A stretch of DNA of 55,916 nucleotides, the filler included, from Sphacelaria rigidula (lineage: Eukaryota): assembly GCA_964200075.2 (NCBI GenBank). It is 5 parts of 5 records of this genome, joined end to end, with 100 filler letters (N's around TTAATTAATTAA, not from the genome) between each part and the next. Parts side by side here need not be neighbours in the genome. Positions count along the whole stretch, not along the records: positions 44,816 to 55,916 come from CAXNAA020005384.1; 4 more parts are not named here. One strand, 5' to 3'. Made by a program: the position numbers and the translations under genes. Shown here one piece after another: positions 49,494-55,916 of this stretch (position 1 is the stretch's first letter; the number at the start of each line of letters is the position of its first letter). Below the pieces are notes generated by a model. It did not search any database. It had not been told where the DNA came from and saw only the letters and a program-made list of their open reading frames with translations.

Positions 49494-52400
49494 TCATCCA
49501 AAACGACGAGCGCCGGATGCTGCGTATTCTTCGTGAATGTGCGTATCATCTTGATATGTCTTGAACGATTTGCATCGGTGGAAGTCTGATACGAAGTTCT
49601 GGCCTAGCATGAGCCTGGACGGAAAATCGGCCGAGAAAGTGATTGTCGCGGCGAAATCCGTTGTAGCGTGCTCCTTCACATGCATTTCAGCTTGAGCACT
49701 TCCGGCCCGAAGATCAATAGCTCGTAGTCGGTTGCTTTGTCTCGGTTTGTTGGTAACTGAGTGGTTACGGCGGTTGAGTGCATTCAACGAGAATGATCTA
49801 CGAGGGGCCTGTGCAGTTGTTTCTAGTCGGACTATTCCTGTACTATTGGACCTTTGACTACACTCGGGGTCAGCTTGCGTAACAACTACCGTAACAACTA
49901 CCGTTCACCCGCTCCAGTGGCTAGGGTATTGCTAATCTCTCTTACCGCACCCCAAAGAGGCATGTAGTAGATCTTTTTTTGCCAATCGGTGGTGATTTGT
50001 ACCTGATCTCTCCCGCGGCAGCTCGGAAGATGGAGAGTTTCTTCTCGGTGGACAGACACTCGAAAAGCTCTGGCGACGACACCTGGAGACAAACATGACC
50101 AGTGTGAGTAAGGGCGCGCAAAGACTTTGAGAAATTAAAAAAACGGGCGTGATAGCAGAGCACTATTGCCAACCTCGTCTGAAAAGGGGGGTGGCGTTCA
50201 ACCGACCCGGTTGGGAAGATTCAGACCCTATAATTGCATGTGGTGCAGTTCGAGGTCCGAGTCGCGATACGTCAGAAAGCGGGAGAAATAGTCGCTTTCT
50301 ACTGTTGTGAATATTGGTCAATGGCTGACGTCTTTCCCTCTACTGGTACATCCAGATTTCTTCAGCCGGCTGGCGCCTTCGTCTTCCCCCCAGATTCGTG
50401 TCGTACATGACAGTATCGTAGAATTGCCATGTAGAACTGATGGCGATATGCCACACCTTCATTACGTCATCGCGCATCTTGGAGTGAATATTGACCTCAA
50501 AGTTGCTGCCTTGTTTGATATACTTGTTCTGGATGGTCTTGACCTTCTCGAATGGGGCGAAGCTTTGTCCAAAGTCCATCGCTTCGTATTCATATACCTG
50601 CGCATATCATTGCATAGCACCTACACATCAGCTTGGATGCTTTCAAGGTGAATCTGCAGCACCTATATTCAACAGCCGATTTCAAAAGTGAGGATAGAGC
50701 TTTCCACTGAGTTTGAGGGTGATGACACGAAGAATTAAGATGTTCGTATCTACACCAAGTATTCAAAGTATAGGTGCATTCCCTTCACCTGCTGGTAGCT
50801 AGTGACAACAACTACACGCCATACAAGTGTGGATTCCGATAACCAAATCGTGTGATCCGCCGGCGGATCACCTCAATTCCGCAGATTTGTTTTTACCTAG
50901 GACCCCAAAATTTCGGTTATCGGAATACGTATTTGTGTGGCGTGTGGTTGTTGTCAATAGCTATCAGCAGGTGAAGGAAATGCAACTATATTTCGAAGAA
51001 TTGGTGTGGATACGAACATGTTAATATTTCTTGTTATCATCCCCAATAGGAAGCTCTATCCTCATTCTGAAAAACCGGCTGTTATTACGGCATTTCGTCG
51101 TGGGTGTGTTTAGGCACTCACTGACTATGATAAGGCAATACAAATGAATGAAGAAGGCAATAAAAAAATACCATAACCGTCTTCGCTGTTGGAGCGGCTG
51201 CATTGATAGACGAGATTATCTCGGCGTGCGTCCGCCCTGTGCATAAGCTGGCGCGAGCATTACGGGGGGCATCTTGCGCGCGCTACCGATCCCATGAGCG
51301 GCAGAGACCAGCACAGCCGCATGCACGCATAGCGGATTACACACCCTGACCTATTTTCAACTTTGAAGAGATTTGTTCACATCATCGACTTCGTCGGCGT
51401 TCAGAATCAAGTAGTTCTGCTAACAGTGGCGCTAGTTTCACTCGAGTAATGGTTTCCCGTTTCCCATGAGAGTTCTTCTCATATTCCACTGAAGAATATG
51501 CGTTCTTCTGATTGCCACTGACCTCGTCTAAAAACCAGAGCGATTCGCCGCAGAGGTGTTGCTGAATGAACTCACGGAATATCGGGCACAGCTCGTTGTT
51601 CCCCATTATATTCTCCACGGTCCGGAAGTGGACCGAGCTCTACCGGCACAGCAGGGGGCGTGGGGCGGGCAATGGGCATGTGGCTGTCCAGGGACCAACG
51701 GAACACGATACAAGTAGCACGACTAATGGCTTATGTGGTGATGCAGCCTTGCGTGGCGGCAGAGGCTGACGATGGTCACGACAAAGCTATTCGTGCGACA
51801 CATTTTTTCACAGAATACATCACAGATCTTCATCCCGAAAGGACAACCAGGAACCGAGGACAGCTCTGCAATAAATATCTTGATACAACTCTCGGCGATA
51901 GATGAAAAACATCAGACCGGGGGAGGGGATGTGCTCGTGAATTATCTACTGCTCATCTTCTAGAAATGTCGCATGCTACGGTTTCGTGTATCCAGGTCCT
52001 CACAGACCGTTGCGAGGAATGTATCCACAGTACCTATGTCTTGCAAAAGAATACTAGGAACAAAAACTCCCAGCTAGGCGGCAGTGGCTACTCGGCATCA
52101 AACCAAATTAAAAACACAACCCTTGCGGCGCCATACTCCTCAACATTGTCCAGATGGGCCGGGCAACGCCTGCGTCGAACACAAGGCATCGCCGTGGACA
52201 CAACATATTTCTTACGCTACCAAGCGTCGGAACACCGTGGTTTCGAACGAAGTTAGCCGTCGTCACATCGCGGGAATAGGTACGAAGACTGCGCAACAGG
52301 CTACCTCCATATCCTGTCTCGGAAACGACGAGGGAAAAGTACAGCTACTTTTCCATCGCCAGAAACGTCTCATGTATGTAAAGTATTTCATCGTGCAGCG

Positions 52401-55056
52401 TTACCGTGCCCGTCGGTACGTACAGTCGACACCCCTCCCAAGGTAGAGTGAAATAAGAGCAGCCCGATTTCCGTCGAATCACGGTGAACGTGGGTGGGTG
52501 TGGTGAGCGGTTTTACGACTATAATATCGATCGTGTGATGCTAGCGGGGCATGCGGACAGCGTACGAGTAGAGACTATGCGAAAAGCTCAGCATTCATGA
52601 CGAACTTGCAGGAGAAGAGCTTGAAATAGCCTAGGGCTGTTCGGTGAACTTACTTGGTTCTCGCCATCGTCTATAGCGATCTTCTGCGCCCCGCGTTTGC
52701 TGTTCCAGCGCACAGGAGAAAATCTGCGGCGAGAAGCAAGCGCTCGAATGGGTTACGAGAATGCGCTGACCCCATGGTAATCGCCAAGTTGTTCAGAGTC
52801 AGCATACTACGCTCTTGGCCACGCCAAGAGGATGTTCGCAAGCAGAGTGGGTGTTAACACGGGTGGCTGTTACACCTCCTCTGTTCGATGCGACATAAAT
52901 CTGACTTTTATAGCCAAGCCACCAGTTCGGATTGCCGCAACCCACACAGAATGCCACTCGTAAAACAACAGCCTCCACCACAGTGGCTGTTGGACCTTAT
53001 CCCCAACGAATGCAAATCAGAACATACTCACGTGTTGACTTGTAACAAAACCAGAAGGCCGGCCAGCACTAGTTGGATGGAACTGTTGATTCGCAGTCCA
53101 TCGAACTTGTGCCAGAGGAATATGCAGTCTACCCGAAGATCAGGAAGTGAACAAGCGTTCATAGAGAGAGCGAGCAGACATTGTGTGCGAAGTCACTCGA
53201 GCAACGTATTGCAAGTCGTTTGTCGGTGACGATATTACGCCCACCAAATACAGACCAACTAGCTCACATTTGACGAGAGTCAGCAGAACTACGGTTGAGC
53301 CTCGAGTGCAAACATAATACCGTGAACCGTACCCATATTTTTTCTCATCAATCGCATTTGCTTAGCTGCCATCATTTACAGCCACTCTAATCTCCTGTCG
53401 ACCGACAACACATGCATGGGCATAACTCCAAATGAACATGCCGCGTCGTCCACCAAGAGCAATCAATATGTCATACATCTATGCGCGAACAAGATCAACA
53501 CACGTAGTTGGAACACGTCGATGTGTTCATACCATGCCCAACGATGTGCTTGGTCTACAGCCGTTCTGATATGTTCCCCGATCTCAATCGAGAACAGAGT
53601 ACGAGAGCGGCAAATAGGGTCCTGTTGACTTCATGAGTCAACGCCGACAATGTTGCAGTACAATTGAAAACACCCAATTATTAGTGTATGGATTCACCCT
53701 CTACAGTAGAGCACTCTGTGCCCCCCTTTTGCCCGTTCCGTAGCAGGGTATACAAGTTGGGCTAAATTATTTTTCGTTTCGGCAGGGAACCAAAACGGTG
53801 GGTATAACTCACAGTACAGTGAAACGAAAATGAACATAGCCGCGAAGGTGGGTATGAGCTCGTTGGCGAGGTTGACCTTGTCCCCGAATCGTAGAATTTT
53901 CACCGACAACGTGCTCAATGCCACGATCTGGGTTTCAGTACAAGTACGGTGGTGTAGAAAGGGCTGGTATGCTCAGTGTGGGGATTCAACTGCAACAAAA
54001 GCGTTCAAGATAGCAGTCGCGGCACATTGGAGCCGCTGGTGGAAACTTGGAGCGAACTCTAATTTTTTTACAATGGTGATAAATTGCTTTTTAAGATGGT
54101 ATTTGACGTCATACCTCGGGACACAATAGCACCTATCCATACTGCAATACTTCAAGCTTCGGTATCCTCCTCTGTACGAACATTTTGGCAACGTGGAGGG
54201 GCACATGACGGTATGATTAGTACTCGTGCCTAATTAGCGTTTATCTAAGGATAGGTATGTTTTTTATGTTTCGTACGGATTGGCAAGTGCGCGGGTGACT
54301 AGGCGCATGGATAACTACACAAATAATGGGTACACGTATGAGTGAGGTAACTGTTGAACGTGAATTCGAGCTCATTGCTTCACGGTAGCTGTTCAAGCTC
54401 GCCTGGATCGCAGCAAAGGGCACCCAGAACCAGACCTGTTGATGCAGGAGGCACGTGCGTTCAGAGCCCTTATCGACATTTCTGAGAAACATGGGAGCAT
54501 ATGGTGAGGACGCATACAACAAACAGGTGCACAGCTAAGCACAGTTGGCATTGGGCGAAGCAAAAGGGTATATTGATAAGCATACAAAGATAACACTGAC
54601 GTTATCCCAACAGTGACGCCTTCCGAATGCATGGTAATGTGCCTGAAAATTAAGTTATGTCTATTTCGCTCGAACACGACCGGCCGGTATTTTTGTATGA
54701 ATGCCACTTACACTTCCCACCTCATACACGATCCGAAAGGAAACACCTTACCAGAGTACGGTCTAGAAAACGCACGAATTATGGCAGCGCGATAGAGGGG
54801 AAGCAAGGCAGTACGCAGACACTGTTATTCAGGAAACGACCTACCATCCAGAGAGCATGTGACGATGCCCATCAACCTGGACGTCCTCACCGTGATAATC
54901 ATGAACAAGATGTTCAGGCCCGCTCCCCACTTCACCTGTAGTAATCCATCTTGACAAAGACCACGGCCATTGCAATGAGCATGGGTGTCAAGCCCTGGAT
55001 GTACAATAAGATCACGCCACGAGTGCTTAGCATCCAGCTCATCTTTTTCCGGAGTT
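49494..55056 (-). CDS. Transmembrane RGS protein (7TM-RGS, AtRGS1-like architecture), 5'-partial, 9 exons
   Basis: Exons 55056-54936, 54481-54403, 53927-53813, 53128-53032, 52723-52654, 51639-51523, 50597-50457, 50082-50003 and 49614-49494 are all phase-compatible. Spliced product: ..LRKKMSWMLSTRGVILLYIQGLTPMLIAMAVVFVKMDYYRNVDKGSERTCLLHQQVWFWVPFAAIQIVALSTLSVKILRFGDKVNLANELIPTFAAMFIFVSLYYCIFLWHKFDGLRINSSIQLVLAGLLVLLQVNTFSPVRWNSKRGAQKIAIDDGENQSSVHFRTVENIMGNNELCPIFREFIQQHLCGESLWFLDEVYEYEAMDFGQSFAPFEKVKTIQNKYIKQGSNFEVNIHSKMRDDVMKVSSPELFECLSTEKKLSIFRAAAGEIRLMLGQNFVSDFHRCKSFKTYQDDTHIHEEYAASGARRFG*. It has four hydrophobic helices and a complete RGS box. Confidence 0.88.
50717..51044. mobile_element. 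Intronic foldback element / long hairpin
   Basis: ~130-bp arms 50717-50847 and 50911-51044 (ATGTTCGTATCYACACCAA..CCTTCACCTGCTGRTAGCTA.TGACAACAAC..ATTCCGATAACC). The loop contains the perfect palindrome GTGATCCGCCGGCGGATCAC (50852-50871). Confidence 0.88.
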
Positions 55057-55696
55057 CTGCATGGCACACGATTTGTTCAACGATAAGCCGAGGGGCGGAC
55101 GGGAGCTTCCGCACATGTTCCTAGAAGTGAATTCAAGTTTGTGAAGCTCCTGAACGAATTTGTTCCTACTCAGCCCCTGTCGGTTGAAGTCTCCAGGGAG
55201 TTTATCAATTCGCCTTATATTACTGACCGGTTCTGGTCTACTGACCTTATTTTCCAACGAAAGCTACTCCTGTTCTGATCGATCAACTACACTAGCGCAT
55301 GGTTTGAAACGAACTGCGTAATATCGGGTAAGCTGGGAATCGGTTTCGCAACCGAACGCGGATATATTACAACGGACAGAGTCAAGAAAACAACGGGCGA
55401 AATCATCACGAATCCACAAGAGAGCCAGCGGGAAGTGGTAAGAGATGGGATCGGCGTGGGTCGAGCTGGGGCACGCGAAGGAGGACAACAACGACGAGAA
55501 GATTGGCACCACAGCGAAAGAGTGCTGGTAGAACACCGAAGCGAGGCAGCGAGTACGCCAGCCAGGAGAGTGACGACCCACCAGCAGGAGCGTTTCGACC
55601 CGGCAGCCAATGCAAGTGAAGACCTTATGTCTAGGTTCTGGTGGCTTGTTTTAGAGCGCCGTTACCACTCGACGCCAACCCGAGACTCTAGAGGTG

Positions 55697-55916
55697 AGGG
55701 GGGGGGCGTACTCATTTGTTGCTTGCCTTCGTCGTTTGACCATTGACCACGTATCCCTTCCGAGATGGAGCACCTCTGGAGGTGAGGGATGGATGGGGGG
55801 GGTGTACTCATGATCATGCATGCCAAAGTCATAAGACCATTGACCTCGCATCCCTACAATGCCGGGACGGACCACGCCGGGTTTTCGCCGGACCAGGCTC
55901 ACACTCAATCACCAAG
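55697..55916 (+). repeat. Family A left end: short variant plus start of a full copy (runs off the contig)
   Basis: 55697-55775 matches 90-165. 55795-55916 matches 15879-15990. Confidence 0.85.

Noticed and set aside
13284-50457. 13442 exon as a distant last exon of the contig-5 RGS gene
   Set aside because: That gene already has its own terminal exons (50082-50003, 49614-49494) and the contigs are unlinked.
36528-55056. Sugar-sensing cluster (mutarotase next to a 7TM-RGS, by analogy to glucose-responsive AtRGS1)
   Set aside because: The genes lie on different contigs joined artificially.

Overview
Eukaryotic, intron-rich and transposon-rich DNA. A brown alga (Phaeophyceae) or related stramenopile is my inference from intron style, RTE-type LINEs and (CTGTA)n-type microsatellites. 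The window is not one locus: four identical 100-bp spacers (44N-TTAATTAATTAA-44N) join five contigs of 11106, 11105, 11102, 11102 and 11101 bp, so they look length-sorted and unrelated. Almost all ORF-track entries are noise, and the real genes appear only after manual splicing. (1) Contig 5 carries nine phase-consistent minus-strand exons (55056-49494) of a membrane-anchored RGS protein resembling plant 7TM-RGS (AtRGS1). It has four visible TM helices, a complete RGS box and one predicted GC-AG intron. (2) Contig 2 carries the terminal exon of a second, diverged RGS-domain gene (13442-13284). (3) Contig 4 carries the last two exons of an aldose 1-epimerase (galactose mutarotase). (4) Contig 1 may hold a head-to-head pair of first exons (low confidence). 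The rest is mobile DNA: a decayed near-full-length RTE LINE and fragments, a TRIM-like mini LTR element, a tRNA-derived SINE family, PIF/Harbinger-like and foldback MITEs, a Ginger1-like MITE with a CCGG TSD, and a ~500-bp dispersed family with a possible empty-site allele. No CRISPR array, rRNA or intact tRNA gene was found. All alignments were done by eye.
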